NCBI GenBank assembly: GCA_020637855.1
Contig: JACKJR010000005.1
Location: 83,340-147,339 of the forward strand
Length of the DNA: 64,000 bases
Direction: 5' to 3'
From: Rhodobiaceae bacterium
GTDB lineage: Bacteria; Pseudomonadota; Alphaproteobacteria; Rhizobiales; Tepidamorphaceae
The notes beneath the pieces were generated by a model, which was not told the DNA's origin, ran no database searches, and was given only the letters and a program-made list of their open reading frames with translations. Below, piece by piece: positions 30,331 through 40,714 of this stretch (the stretch's first letter is position 1; every line of letters begins with the position of its first letter). A program made the position numbers and the translations under genes.

Positions 30331-31044
30331 GTGAACGCGATAGGTAACGAAGCCTCGGGCGGGGCAAGGCTTGTTATTGCGGATGACCATCCGCTTTTTC
30401 GGGATGCCTTGCGGCAAGCGCTTTTGAATGGGGCAGGCGGGGACGCCGACGTTTCTATCGGGGAAGTGAAGGAGGCCGGCTCGATCGATGACGTGATGTC
30501 GGAGCTTTCCGAAAACCCGGGTACCGACCTCGTCCTGCTCGATCTCACCATGCCGGGTGTGCGCGGCCTTTCGGGCCTGATGAATCTGAGAGCCCGTTTT
30601 CCCGATGTTCCCGTCGTCGTGGTTTCCGCCAGCGATGATCCGGCCGTGGTCCGCCGCTGTGCGGATTTCGGCGCATCGGGCTTTATCCCCAAGTCCCTGC
30701 AGGTCGCGGAGATGCGCGGGGCCGTTGCAAGCGTCATAGACGGTGGCGAGTGGTTTCCGCCGGACATCGACCTTGCCACGGAAGACGAGAATGAACTTGC
30801 CGACATCGCTCACCGGCTTGCCACACTGACGCCGCAGCAGGTGCGGGTCCTGATGATGCTCGGCGAGGGGCTGCTCAACAAGCAGATCGCTTATGAGTTG
30901 AGCGTTTCGGAGGCGACGGTGAAAGCGCACGTCTCCGCCATTCTTCAGAAGCTGGGTGCTGATAGCCGGACCCAGGCCGTCATCATGGTCAACCGCATAG
31001 ATGCGCTTCAGCGCGACGCCTTCCCTCTGACCGAGGCTGACTGA
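30331..31044 (+). CDS. crbR: LuxR/NarL-family response regulator (CrbR/ErdR-like)
   Basis: IADDHPLFRDAL, LLDLTMPG, GFIPKS, LTPQQVRVL..GLLNKQIAYEL.VSEATVKAHV; adjacent to a CrbS-type kinase. Confidence 0.8.
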   Translation: MNAIGNEASGGARLVIADDHPLFRDALRQALLNGAGGDADVSIGEVKEAGSIDDVMSELSENPGTDLVLLDLTMPGVRGLSGLMNLRARFPDVPVVVVSASDDPAVVRRCADFGASGFIPKSLQVAEMRGAVASVIDGGEWFPPDIDLATEDENELADIAHRLATLTPQQVRVLMMLGEGLLNKQIAYELSVSEATVKAHVSAILQKLGADSRTQAVIMVNRIDALQRDAFPLTEAD

Positions 31045-31060
31045 AGCTGTCAGCGTGGGC

Positions 31061-34000
31061 TCACTCCGCGGCTTCGCGCCGTGAATAGCGCGAAAGCACA
31101 GCCCGCAAAGCCGCAGGCTTGACCGGTTTGTGCAGCACCACTGCATCCTGTGCTTCCGCGGCATCGCGCACTTCGGGGGAGCGGTCTGCCGTCAGCAGGA
31201 TGACCGGAATGTCCGCGCCCAGCTTCCAGCGCAGGGTCTTGGCAACATCCAGGCCGGTGCCGCTGTCGAGATGATAGTCCACGATCAGGACGTCGGGCGA
31301 AGGTGCCGGCGGACGGATGGCGACAAGTGCCTTCTGCTGGGACTGGGCCGTTCGCACACCGCATCCCCATCCGCCAAGAAGCGCTGCCATGCCATCGAGA
31401 ATCTTCGGCTCGTTGTCGACGCAAAGAACGTTGAGCGGCATCAGCCGGCTGCGGTTCTGCCGGACATCCGGCGCCGAAACAACGCTTGGTGCTCCCGCCA
31501 CGACCGGCAGTTCTATGGCAAACATCGACCCGTGCCCCGGGGTGGACCGGATATCGACATTGGTGCCCAGCAGCCGCGCCATGCGTTCCACGATCGAGAG
31601 CCCGAGTCCCAGGCCGCGAGCCATTTTTTCCGCGCCATCGAGCCGCTTGAACTCATGGAACACGGCTTCGCGCTGGCTGTCGGGAATGCCCTCGCCCGTA
31701 TCGTAGACAGCAACCACGAGCCGCCCGTTCTTGCGCCGGCAGCCAACCAGAACCCGGCCCTTGCGGGTGTATTTGATTGCGTTGGAGATCAGGTTTTGCA
31801 GCAGCCGGCGGACGAACCGGCGGTCGCTGCGCACGCTGACGGAACAAGGCAAAATCCGCAGATCGAGCCCCTTTTCCTCGGCCATCGCCGCGAATTCGAT
31901 CCGAAGCGGCTTGAGAAGGTCTTCGATGCTGAAAACTGAGTATTCCGGTTTCATCGCGCCGGCATCGAGACGCGATATGTCCAGCAGGGTCGAAAGGATT
32001 TCCTCCACAGCTTCCAGTGATCCATCGATGTTTTCGGCAATCCGCCGCTCCTCGGGGCGCATCCTGCGTTCCACAAGACTGGATACGTAGAGCCGCGCCG
32101 CGTTGAGAGGCTGCAGAATGTCGTGGCCGGCAGCGGCCAGGAATCGCGTTTTGTCGGCATTGGCGTTTTCAGCCGTCGCGCGCGCCTGCTCCAGTTCCGC
32201 GTTGAGGCGCGTCAGCGCCTCGGTGCGTTCACGCACGCGTTTTTCAAGCGTCTCGTTTGCCGCCGCCAATTCCCGCGCTGTGCGCACCCGGTCGGTTACG
32301 TCGGATACTGTCAGCACCAGCCCGCCATCGGGCATGGAATCGGGGCGAAACTCGATCACCTGGCCGGTTGGCGTCTGCTTCGTCTGGAAGACTTCGCCGC
32401 GCACGGTGCCGCGCAGACGCTCATCGATCAACGCCTCTCCGACACCGCCGCCGCGGTCGGCTTGCGGTAACGAGTAGCGGTAGATATCGGCGAGCGTCGT
32501 GCCGACCTGGCCGAAAATGGGCGGCAGATCGAGTGACGTACGGAATTGCCGGTTCCAGCAAATCAAACGCAGATCCCGGTCGAAGACGCCGATACCCTGG
32601 TGCACGTGATCGAGTGCGGACTGCAGCAGGTCGCGATTGTATTGCAGCGCGGCGGAAGCATCATCGAGAAGCTTGCGGGCCGACTGGCTGCCGGCATTGC
32701 GCTTTTCCAGCAGCAGGGACAGCGCCACGCGTGCCGATGCGGCACCGATCGCGCTGGCGAGCACCCGCTCCGCGTAGCGCACGAGATGGACATCCGCCTC
32801 CGAACCCGGCTCCAGTGTCTGCCCGCGTTCGTCGGCAAAGGATTCCAGATGGCGCCGGGCGCGCTCGTCGCCGAGATAACGTGCGATCGTCTCGCCGATA
32901 TCGCTGACGCGAAGGCTCGTGCGCGACAGGCGGATGCCCTGCGGGATAGGACGCAGGTCTTCCGGCACGAACTGGCTCGCTTGCAGCCGCTCGATGGCTT
33001 CCGACTGCCGCAGGATGGACACCACGACATAAGCGAGCACATTGAAGACCAGGCTCCAGAACACCCCGTGGGTCAGCGGCGTGAATTCGATGCCGAACAG
33101 CTGCAAAGGGCGCAGGAAGGCGAACCCGAACAAACCATCTTCGAGGATGGTGCGTGGCAGCAGGCCGGCTGTAACAAGGTTCGGAACCAGCAGGGTGAAT
33201 GCCCACACGGTAATGCCTGCCGCCATTCCCGCCATCGCTCCGTAGGCGGTTGCGCGCCGCCACACCAGGCCGATGAAGAAAGCCGGGGCAAGTTGCGCGA
33301 TTGCCGCGAAAGACACCAGGCCGATGGAGGCCAGTGCCGCGTTGCCGGCGATCACCCGGTAATAAGCATAGGCGAGGATCAGCAATACGAAAATGGCGCC
33401 CCGGCGAATGAACAGCAGCTTCGGGCCGAGTGCTGCGTCGGGCGATTGCATGTCCGCGCGCCGCAGCAGTACCGGCGCCACAAGATCGTTGCAGACCATG
33501 ATGGCGAGCGCCACGCTGGCGACGATCACCATCGCGGTTGCTGCCGACAGGCCCCCGACAAAGGCCGCGATCGTCATCAGATTGGCATTTGCGGTCATCG
33601 GAAGCAGCAGGACGAACATGTCTGGATTGAAGTCGGATTTCCCGAACAGCAGCACGCCCGCGGCCGCGATCGGGACGACGAACAGATTGATCATGACGAG
33701 ATAGAGCGGAAACAGCCACGCGGCCGCGCGGGCTTCTTTTTCCGTGTTGTTCTCAACCACTGCGACATGGAACTGGCGCGGCAGCAGGAGAGAACAGACA
33801 AAGCTGAGGAAGATCATGGTCAGCCACGGCCCGCCAGCCGGGGCGCTCGTGAACCTTTCCGACACCTCCGGGTTTTCCGACATGGCGCGCATCAGCTCGC
33901 CGGGGCCATCATACATCGAATAGATCACGAACAGGCCGACGGCGAGAAAGGTCAGCAGCTTGATGAGGGATTCGGCCGCGATCGCCAGCATCAGCCCGTG

Positions 34001-34570
34001 CTGGTGCTCCGTTGCATCGATGTGGCGTGTTCCAAACAGGATCGCGAACATCGCCAGCATAAGCGTCACGAACAACGCGATGTCGCCGAAGACAGGTACC
34101 GGGGTGCTCGTCCCGTCGATGCTCAGGTAGGCGACCATCGTCGTCAGGGATTCCGAGACCGCCTTGAGCTGCAACGAGATGTAGGGGATCGCGCCGATCA
34201 TTGCGATCAGGGTCACTATGGCGGCGACGCCCTGGCTCTTGCCGTAGCGCGACGCGATGAAGTCGGCCACCGAGGTGATGTTGTGTGTTTTTGCAAGCCG
34301 GATGACGCGGCGCAGCAGCAGGTAGCCTGCTCCGACCATGAGTGCCGGACCGATGTAGATCGTCAGGAAGTCCCAGCCTTGCCGGCTTGCAAGGCCAACG
34401 CTGCCGAAGAATGTCCAGGATGTGCAATAGACGCCGAGCGTCAGCGCATAGATCAGCGGGCGGCCGCGCTCCCAGGCGCCATTCTGCGCCATGCGGTCGC
34501 CATAGCTCGCCACGGCAAAAAGGAAGCCGAGATAAACGATCGCGATGACGACGACGACCCAGCCCTGCAT
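31061..34570 (-). CDS. crbS: SLC5-STAC-PAS-histidine kinase-REC hybrid sensor (CrbS/MxtR-like)
   Basis: N-terminal SSS domain (VYCTSWTFFGSVG, LLPRQFHV), STAC-like ERVLASAIGAASAR, PAS, H-box AAGHDILQPLNAARL, N and G boxes, C-terminal receiver (VDNE, DYHL, KP). Confidence 0.88.
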   Translation of the reverse strand: MQGWVVVVIAIVYLGFLFAVASYGDRMAQNGAWERGRPLIYALTLGVYCTSWTFFGSVGLASRQGWDFLTIYIGPALMVGAGYLLLRRVIRLAKTHNITSVADFIASRYGKSQGVAAIVTLIAMIGAIPYISLQLKAVSESLTTMVAYLSIDGTSTPVPVFGDIALFVTLMLAMFAILFGTRHIDATEHQHGLMLAIAAESLIKLLTFLAVGLFVIYSMYDGPGELMRAMSENPEVSERFTSAPAGGPWLTMIFLSFVCSLLLPRQFHVAVVENNTEKEARAAAWLFPLYLVMINLFVVPIAAAGVLLFGKSDFNPDMFVLLLPMTANANLMTIAAFVGGLSAATAMVIVASVALAIMVCNDLVAPVLLRRADMQSPDAALGPKLLFIRRGAIFVLLILAYAYYRVIAGNAALASIGLVSFAAIAQLAPAFFIGLVWRRATAYGAMAGMAAGITVWAFTLLVPNLVTAGLLPRTILEDGLFGFAFLRPLQLFGIEFTPLTHGVFWSLVFNVLAYVVVSILRQSEAIERLQASQFVPEDLRPIPQGIRLSRTSLRVSDIGETIARYLGDERARRHLESFADERGQTLEPGSEADVHLVRYAERVLASAIGAASARVALSLLLEKRNAGSQSARKLLDDASAALQYNRDLLQSALDHVHQGIGVFDRDLRLICWNRQFRTSLDLPPIFGQVGTTLADIYRYSLPQADRGGGVGEALIDERLRGTVRGEVFQTKQTPTGQVIEFRPDSMPDGGLVLTVSDVTDRVRTARELAAANETLEKRVRERTEALTRLNAELEQARATAENANADKTRFLAAAGHDILQPLNAARLYVSSLVERRMRPEERRIAENIDGSLEAVEEILSTLLDISRLDAGAMKPEYSVFSIEDLLKPLRIEFAAMAEEKGLDLRILPCSVSVRSDRRFVRRLLQNLISNAIKYTRKGRVLVGCRRKNGRLVVAVYDTGEGIPDSQREAVFHEFKRLDGAEKMARGLGLGLSIVERMARLLGTNVDIRSTPGHGSMFAIELPVVAGAPSVVSAPDVRQNRSRLMPLNVLCVDNEPKILDGMAALLGGWGCGVRTAQSQQKALVAIRPPAPSPDVLIVDYHLDSGTGLDVAKTLRWKLGADIPVILLTADRSPEVRDAAEAQDAVVLHKPVKPAALRAVLSRYSRREAAE

Positions 34571-34761
34571 GTCAACTCCGTCTGACTGGCATTAGGCCGC
34601 AAACGTGATCACAAAGCCGCGCGCAAGTCCAATGCGGTGAAAGTCATCCGCTGCTTGTTCGACGTCAAAATTGGCTTCGACCAGACGCGTAGGTTTGTGC
34701 TCAAATGCTTCGATGCGGGTGCCTGCACAATGCAGGAACAACACGGGAGGAGGCATCCGGG

Positions 34762-36894
34762 ATGACCAGGCGAATTAGCGCCATACCCCTGTCTGCAATC
34801 GATGCGGTGGTCTTCGACACCGAAACCACCGGGCTCGATGTCAAGACCGCGCGCATCATCCAGATCGGCGGGGTCCGGCTGCATGAGGGTGAACTGGAGC
34901 CGGATGGCGAGCTGGAAACGTTCGTTGCGCCCGGCATTCCGGTGCCTCCGGACTCCACGAAAGTGCATGGCATTTCCGACGCCGATCTGGATGGTGCGCC
35001 GGCTTATGTTGAAGCCTGCAAGCGTTTCGACAGCTTCGCTGGCGAACGTATCCTGATAGGTCATTCGGTTGGGTTCGATCTCGCCGTCATGCAGGCGGAA
35101 TCCGAACGTGCCGGCCTGAAATGGCAGCGGCCAAGAGCCCTTTGCACCCGCATGCTCGCGCAGGTGGTTCAACCCAATCTGCCGACCTACGACCTCGAAG
35201 CTTTGGCAAGCTGGCTGGGTGTCGAGCTTTCAGGCCGCCACAGCGCCATAGGCGATGCGCGCTCAACGGCCCGCATATTCTGTGCGCTGGTTCCCCGGCT
35301 GCTGGAGCGCAATGTGCGCACGCTTGCCGAAGCCGAAGCCGCCTGCGGACGCTTGTCCGCCGCTCTGGAGGAACAGTACAAGGCGGGATGGCATCTCCCG
35401 GTGCGCAGCGAAGAGGTGGTGCTGAGCGAGAAGGCGCTGGCGCGTGTCGACGCTTATCCCTACCGGCATCGCATTCGTGATCTGATGAGTAGCCCGCCAA
35501 CGGTCCTGGGGCCGAAAACAACGCTCAAGGATGCCCTTGCGACGTTCGTGAACCGCAAGATCAGCTCGGTATTCGTCGGCGTTGAAGACGATCTGAATCG
35601 CAACAACACCGGCATTATCACAGAGCGGGATGTGTTGCGGGCCGTTGCAGAGGACGGTGGCGCTGCGCTGGACCACCCGATCGCCGACTACATGAACATG
35701 CCGCTCGAAAGCGTCTTCGCGGATGCGTATCTCTATCGTGCCATGGGGCGCATGTCCCGGTTGCGCATTCGCCACCTGGCGGTGATCGAGCCGGATGGCC
35801 GTGTCGTCGGTGCCATCAGCGCCCGCGATCTGCTCCGGTTGCGTACGACCGATGCGATTTCGCTTGGCGACGAGATCGACCGCGCACCCAGTGCCAAGGC
35901 TCTTGGGGTCGCTTTCGCCAGGCTTCCGGTCATAGCGCGCGGTCTTCGCAACGAGGATATCGAGGGGCGCGAAGTGGCCGGTGTCGTCAGCCGTGAACTC
36001 TGCGCCATGACGCGCCGCGCCGCGGAACTGGCCGAAACATCCATGGAGCAGGAAGGTTATGGCGAGGCACCCGCCGCATACGCGGTGCTGGTGCTGGGAT
36101 CAGGCGGCCGGGGCGAAAGCCTGTTGGCTGCCGATCAGGATAACGCCATCGTCCACGCAGACCTTTCCGACGCGGACAAGGAACGAGGGGATGCATGGTT
36201 CGCCGAGCTCGGCAAACGCATCGCGGATACGTTGCACGAAGCCGGCATCCCCTATTGCAAGGGCGGCATCATGGCCAGCAACGAACAATGGCGCGACAGC
36301 GTCAGTGGCTGGAAGTCGCGTGTGGATACGTGGATACGGCATTCAAAACCGGAAGACCTGCTCAATGTCGATATCTTCTACGACATGCGCGCCGTCCACG
36401 GCGATGCCGGACTCGCGGACGAAATCTGGCGCTACGCCCATGAGCACGGCCATTCCGAGATACCCTTTCTCAAGCTGCTGGCCCAGCAGGCGGCGGGCTT
36501 TCAGCCCCCTCTCGGCCTTTTCGGCGGCTTCAAGACCGAGAACGGGCGTGTCGATCTCAAGAAGGGCGGATTGTTTCCCCTGGTCGCCAATGCCCGCGTT
36601 CTTTCGATCCGTCACGGTATCCTGCACCGTGCCACCCCTGACCGACTGAACGGCGTCAGGGCCCTCGAAATCGGTGCGGGCAACGACCTCGAGCGCGCTG
36701 TCGATGCCCACGCAATCCTGCTCGATGCGATGCTTGACCAGCAGATCGACGACATCGAGCGTGGATTGCCGCCCAGCAATGCCGTTGAAGTGGCAAGCCT
36801 GTCAGCGCCGCAGCAGGAGCGTCTCAAGCGGGCACTCGGGAATCTTTCAAACCTCGACGAGATGGTGCGCGGGCTGCTTTTCGCCAAAACCTGA
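34762..36894 (+). CDS. DEDDh 3'-5' exonuclease - CBS pair - DUF294 nucleotidyltransferase fusion
   Basis: ExoI FDTETTG, ExoII GHSVGFD, ExoIII HSAIGDA; CBS GIITERD and GAISARD; NTase LGSGGRGE..ADQDNA; CKGGIMASN, IFYDMR, DLKKGG. RBS GGAGGAGG. Confidence 0.88.
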   Translation: MTRRISAIPLSAIDAVVFDTETTGLDVKTARIIQIGGVRLHEGELEPDGELETFVAPGIPVPPDSTKVHGISDADLDGAPAYVEACKRFDSFAGERILIGHSVGFDLAVMQAESERAGLKWQRPRALCTRMLAQVVQPNLPTYDLEALASWLGVELSGRHSAIGDARSTARIFCALVPRLLERNVRTLAEAEAACGRLSAALEEQYKAGWHLPVRSEEVVLSEKALARVDAYPYRHRIRDLMSSPPTVLGPKTTLKDALATFVNRKISSVFVGVEDDLNRNNTGIITERDVLRAVAEDGGAALDHPIADYMNMPLESVFADAYLYRAMGRMSRLRIRHLAVIEPDGRVVGAISARDLLRLRTTDAISLGDEIDRAPSAKALGVAFARLPVIARGLRNEDIEGREVAGVVSRELCAMTRRAAELAETSMEQEGYGEAPAAYAVLVLGSGGRGESLLAADQDNAIVHADLSDADKERGDAWFAELGKRIADTLHEAGIPYCKGGIMASNEQWRDSVSGWKSRVDTWIRHSKPEDLLNVDIFYDMRAVHGDAGLADEIWRYAHEHGHSEIPFLKLLAQQAAGFQPPLGLFGGFKTENGRVDLKKGGLFPLVANARVLSIRHGILHRATPDRLNGVRALEIGAGNDLERAVDAHAILLDAMLDQQIDDIERGLPPSNAVEVASLSAPQQERLKRALGNLSNLDEMVRGLLFAKT

Positions 36895-37036
36895 CGTGAT
36901 CGGCGCTATGCCGCCGCGGCCAGTCTGCGATGCAGAAAGTGGCTGGATCATTCGCGGTTCTGCAGGCACATATACGTATATGCGCAAGTCACAGGGTTGT
37001 TGAACCAGGTCGGAACATCAGGAGGCGATAGTTCAC

Positions 37037-37456
37037 ATGAGCATGATCCAGGAATTCAAGGAATTTGCCATCAAGGGCAACATGGTCGACCTTGCAGTCG
37101 GCGTTATCATCGGCGGCGCATTCGGGGGTATCGTCACGTCTCTTGTGAACGACATCATCATGCCGATTATAGGTCTGATCACGGGCGGCGTGGATTTCTC
37201 CAACATGTTCGTCCAGTTGGCCGGTGAACCGAAGGCCACACTCGATGCGGCCCGCGAGGCCGGTGCGACGCTCGCCTACGGCAATTTCATCACGCTGGTG
37301 ATCAACTTCCTCATCGTTGCCTGGGTCCTGTTCCTCGTCATCAAGGCGATGAATTCATTGAAGCGTGAGGCAGAAGCCGCACCGGAAGAGGCCCCTGCGC
37401 CGCCGCGCAACGAGGTGCTGCTGGAAGAGATTCGCGACCTCCTGAAGAAGAAGTAA
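37037..37456 (+). CDS. mscL: Large-conductance mechanosensitive channel
   Basis: [25 protein letters not shown] and LLEEIRDLL. Confidence 0.97.
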   Translation: MSMIQEFKEFAIKGNMVDLAVGVIIGGAFGGIVTSLVNDIIMPIIGLITGGVDFSNMFVQLAGEPKATLDAAREAGATLAYGNFITLVINFLIVAWVLFLVIKAMNSLKREAEAAPEEAPAPPRNEVLLEEIRDLLKKK

Positions 37457-37500
37457 GGCCCGGGGCCGCTGGTTGCCCCGCTTGAAAGACAGGTATCCTC

Positions 37501-38715
37501 ATGTCGTCATCCATAGCCCCGTATCCGGCGGGGATAGAGGCGCTGAGCGACCGCGCGTCCGCTTCTCCCGAAAGCGGTATCGTCGAAGTGCTGAACTACG
37601 GAATGGGCCGTCAGGGAATTATCCCGCTGTGGGCCGGCGAAGGCGATATTCCAACGCCGGCCTTCATCTGCGATGCGGCAACCGCAGCACTTGCCGAGGG
37701 GCAGACATTTTATACCTACCAGCGCGGCATTCCGCCCCTGCGAAACGCGCTGGCGGAGTACACCGGATGGCTCTACGGGACGCCGAACTCGTTCGAGCGT
37801 TTTTTTGTTACCGGTTCCGGCATGCAGGCGATCCAGACGGCAATACTGCTTACTGCCGATCCGGGTGATGAGATCGTCTATCATGCGCCGGCCTGGCCCA
37901 ATCTGCCCGCAGCCGCAGAAATAGCCGGTGTGACACCGGTTTCGGTCGCCATGCAGTTCTCCGAAACAGGATGGCATCTTGACCTTGAGCGGGTATTCGC
38001 AGCCGTGAGTGCGCGCACAAAGGCGATTTGCGTGAATTCGCCGTCCAATCCGACCGGCTGGGTAATGCCCAAGGAGGATATCGGCGCTCTGTTGGACTTC
38101 TGCCGCGGGCGCGGGATATGGATCATTGCCGACGAGGTTTACTGCCGCTTCGTTTATGGCGATGTGCGCAAAGGGGCCCATGGGCGCCCTTTGGCACCAT
38201 CCTTTCATGATGTGATCACCCCCGAAGACAGGGTGTTGTTCGTCAACACCTTTTCCAAGAACTGGGCCATGACCGGCTGGCGTATCGGCTGGATCGAGGC
38301 ACCGGAATCGATCGGCATCAAACTGGAGAACCTGATCCAGTACTCCACATCCGGTGTTGCCGCTTTCATGCAGCAGGCGGCGCTTGCGGCCATGCAGGAA
38401 GGCGACGAATTTGCCGAAAGCGTCATTTCGGACGCCTGCCGTGGCCGCGCGATTGTGTCGGAAGGCCTTAGGAAAAGCGGGCGTTGCCGTTTTGCCGAGC
38501 CTGACGGCGCATTTTATGCGTTTTTCGGCATCGATGGAGAGCCTGATACCGACAAGCTGGGGCTTCGTCTCGTCGATGAAGCCGGTATCGGGATTGCTCC
38601 AGGCCGCGCATTCGGACCGGAAGGGGCGGGTTATATGCGGATGTGTTTTGTCCGCAGGCCGGCAGGTCTCAGCGACGCAATGAGCCGGCTCAATCTATGG
38701 TTGGCAAAGCGCTGA
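37501..38715 (+). CDS. Class I/II PLP-dependent aminotransferase
   Basis: NSPSNPTG, DEVY, SKNWAMTGWRIG, GAFY. Confidence 0.9.
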   Translation: MSSSIAPYPAGIEALSDRASASPESGIVEVLNYGMGRQGIIPLWAGEGDIPTPAFICDAATAALAEGQTFYTYQRGIPPLRNALAEYTGWLYGTPNSFERFFVTGSGMQAIQTAILLTADPGDEIVYHAPAWPNLPAAAEIAGVTPVSVAMQFSETGWHLDLERVFAAVSARTKAICVNSPSNPTGWVMPKEDIGALLDFCRGRGIWIIADEVYCRFVYGDVRKGAHGRPLAPSFHDVITPEDRVLFVNTFSKNWAMTGWRIGWIEAPESIGIKLENLIQYSTSGVAAFMQQAALAAMQEGDEFAESVISDACRGRAIVSEGLRKSGRCRFAEPDGAFYAFFGIDGEPDTDKLGLRLVDEAGIGIAPGRAFGPEGAGYMRMCFVRRPAGLSDAMSRLNLWLAKR

Positions 38716-38818
38716 TCGCACACGTTATTAACATTATTGCATTCGCCGATTCGCAATATACGTAAAATAGCGTACCGTGGCGTCCGGGAATCAATTGTTC
38801 GGTTTCGGACAAACGGTC

Positions 38819-39979
38819 ATGGATTTTGCAAGTCTATCGGCGGAAACAACTTCCCAAGCACGTTTGGCGAGTGTGCTTGATACGGCTGTCGATGGCATTA
38901 TCGTGATCAGCGACAGCGGCAGGATGCTCGTGTTCAACAAGGCATGCGAGAAACTGTTCGGTTATCCTGCCAGCGAGGTGCTGGGGGAAAACGTCAACAT
39001 CCTCATGCCGTCTAATTATTCCGATCATCACGACGAATATATTCATTCCTATCTCACCACAGGGCATCGCAAGATCATCGGAATTGGCCGCGCCGTACAC
39101 GGTCGTCACAAGGACGGCAGCATTTTCCCTCTGGAGTTGTCCGTTGGCGAATCTGCGACGCCGGATGGCCGGCAGTTCATCGGCATCTTGCGCGATCTGC
39201 GTCCCAAGGTGGAGGCCGAGGAGCGGCTCGACGCCGTGCAGGCGCAGCTTGTCCGCATGGCTCGCGTCAACGCCATGGACGAAATGGGTTCCGCGCTTGC
39301 CCATGAGCTCAATCAGCCCCTGACGGCGCTTATGCTTTATCTTCAGGCCGTGACGAGAAGGGCGCGCAAGGACGGCGAAACGGTCATTCCCGCCGACATG
39401 CTTGAAGTCATAGATCGGGCCGTGGAGGAAGCGGATCGGGCCGGAAAGATCATCCGCCGCGTCCGCCAGTTCATCGAAAAACGCGACATAGAGCGGATAC
39501 GGGTATCGTTGGCCGAACTGGTGGACGAGGCAACCGATTTCACGATGATCGGATCCCGCGCCCGGGGCGTGGCGATCAACCGCAACCACACTGAAGGGGT
39601 TGCCGATGTTTATGCCGACCCGATCCAGATACAGCAGATCATCGTCAATCTGCTGCGCAATGCACTGGACGCCTTGAACGGTCTCAAGGAACAGACCATT
39701 GACATCGAGACCTGGCAGGAAGGCAACCGTGTTGCCGTCGAAATAGCCGATTCCGGTCCGGGTGTTTCTCCGAACATTCTGCCTAATCTATTCAAGGCCT
39801 TTGCGACGAACAAACCGACGGGAACCGGACTTGGGCTCGCCATTTCCCGTACAATAGCCCAGAGCCACGGGGGGGATTTAACGGTGCAACCTGGAGGCAA
39901 TGGCCAAGGTGCAAGGTTCAGGCTGGTGTTACCGGTCTTTGATGCCAGCATTGGCAAGGAGCACACCAATGGACGCTGA
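38819..39979 (+). CDS. fixL: Heme-PAS oxygen-sensor histidine kinase (soluble, single PAS)
   Basis: HDEYIHSYLTTG..KIIGIGR..G.HKDGS.FP heme-PAS signature, H-box AHELNQPL, GTGLGL; no TM segments. Confidence 0.85.
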   Translation: MDFASLSAETTSQARLASVLDTAVDGIIVISDSGRMLVFNKACEKLFGYPASEVLGENVNILMPSNYSDHHDEYIHSYLTTGHRKIIGIGRAVHGRHKDGSIFPLELSVGESATPDGRQFIGILRDLRPKVEAEERLDAVQAQLVRMARVNAMDEMGSALAHELNQPLTALMLYLQAVTRRARKDGETVIPADMLEVIDRAVEEADRAGKIIRRVRQFIEKRDIERIRVSLAELVDEATDFTMIGSRARGVAINRNHTEGVADVYADPIQIQQIIVNLLRNALDALNGLKEQTIDIETWQEGNRVAVEIADSGPGVSPNILPNLFKAFATNKPTGTGLGLAISRTIAQSHGGDLTVQPGGNGQGARFRLVLPVFDASIGKEHTNGR

Positions 39980-40589
39980 AATCATCACTGCAGGCACGCA
40001 GACGATTTATATCGTCGACGATGACCCAGCCGTGCGCGATGCGCTTGGCGTGGTGTTTCGTATGGAGGATTTTGATGTTGTCGGCTTTGAAAACGGCGAC
40101 GACTTTCTGGCGGCAGCGCGCAACACACCTCCCTCTTGCGTCATCCTCGACATCCACATGCCTGGCCGCTCGGGAATGGAGATTCTGAAAGAGGTCGATG
40201 CGACGAACTATCCGTCGCCAATTTTCATCATCTCCGGACGCGGTGATATCCCGACCGCCGTGTCGGCCATCAAGCTCGGAGCCTTCGATTTTATCGAAAA
40301 GCCCTTCGATGCGGATACGGTGGTGACAAGGGTTTCCGACGCGCTGCAAAAATCGGTCAATCCCAAAGCCGATAGTCCGTACAGTTTTGACGGCGTGGTT
40401 TTCGAAAGCCTGACCCCCCGTGAGCGTGATGTGCTGATGCAGATCACAAGTGGCGCATCCAACAAGGAGGCGGGGCGCAATCTCGGCATATCGCCCAGGA
40501 CCATTGAGGTTCACCGCGCCAGGATCATGGAGAAACTTGGCGCGCGCAACGCTGCGGATCTTGTCCGTATTGTCCTGTCGGCCAACTGA
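39969..40589 (+). CDS. fixJ: Response regulator
   Basis: VDDD, LDIHMPG, GDIPTAV, DFIEKP, LTPRERDV, ISPRTIEVHRARIMEK; overlaps the end of fixL. Confidence 0.87.
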   Translation: MDAEIITAGTQTIYIVDDDPAVRDALGVVFRMEDFDVVGFENGDDFLAAARNTPPSCVILDIHMPGRSGMEILKEVDATNYPSPIFIISGRGDIPTAVSAIKLGAFDFIEKPFDADTVVTRVSDALQKSVNPKADSPYSFDGVVFESLTPRERDVLMQITSGASNKEAGRNLGISPRTIEVHRARIMEKLGARNAADLVRIVLSAN

Positions 40590-40714
40590 TTTTGACGCAT
40601 TCGGCCGGCTTAGGTGATTCTGCGATAAGGCTTTTGCCGGAATTGTTTTTACCTAAGGACATGTATCATTCTCCCGTGCCCCGTCCGCGGATGGTGAAGG
40701 TAGAGGTATGTGTC

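Noticed and set aside
34762-36894. CBASS-like or toxin-antitoxin defence nucleotidyltransferase
   Set aside because: The motifs and C-terminal domain match DUF294 (GlnD-like), the context is metabolic, and no effector or HEPN partner is adjacent.
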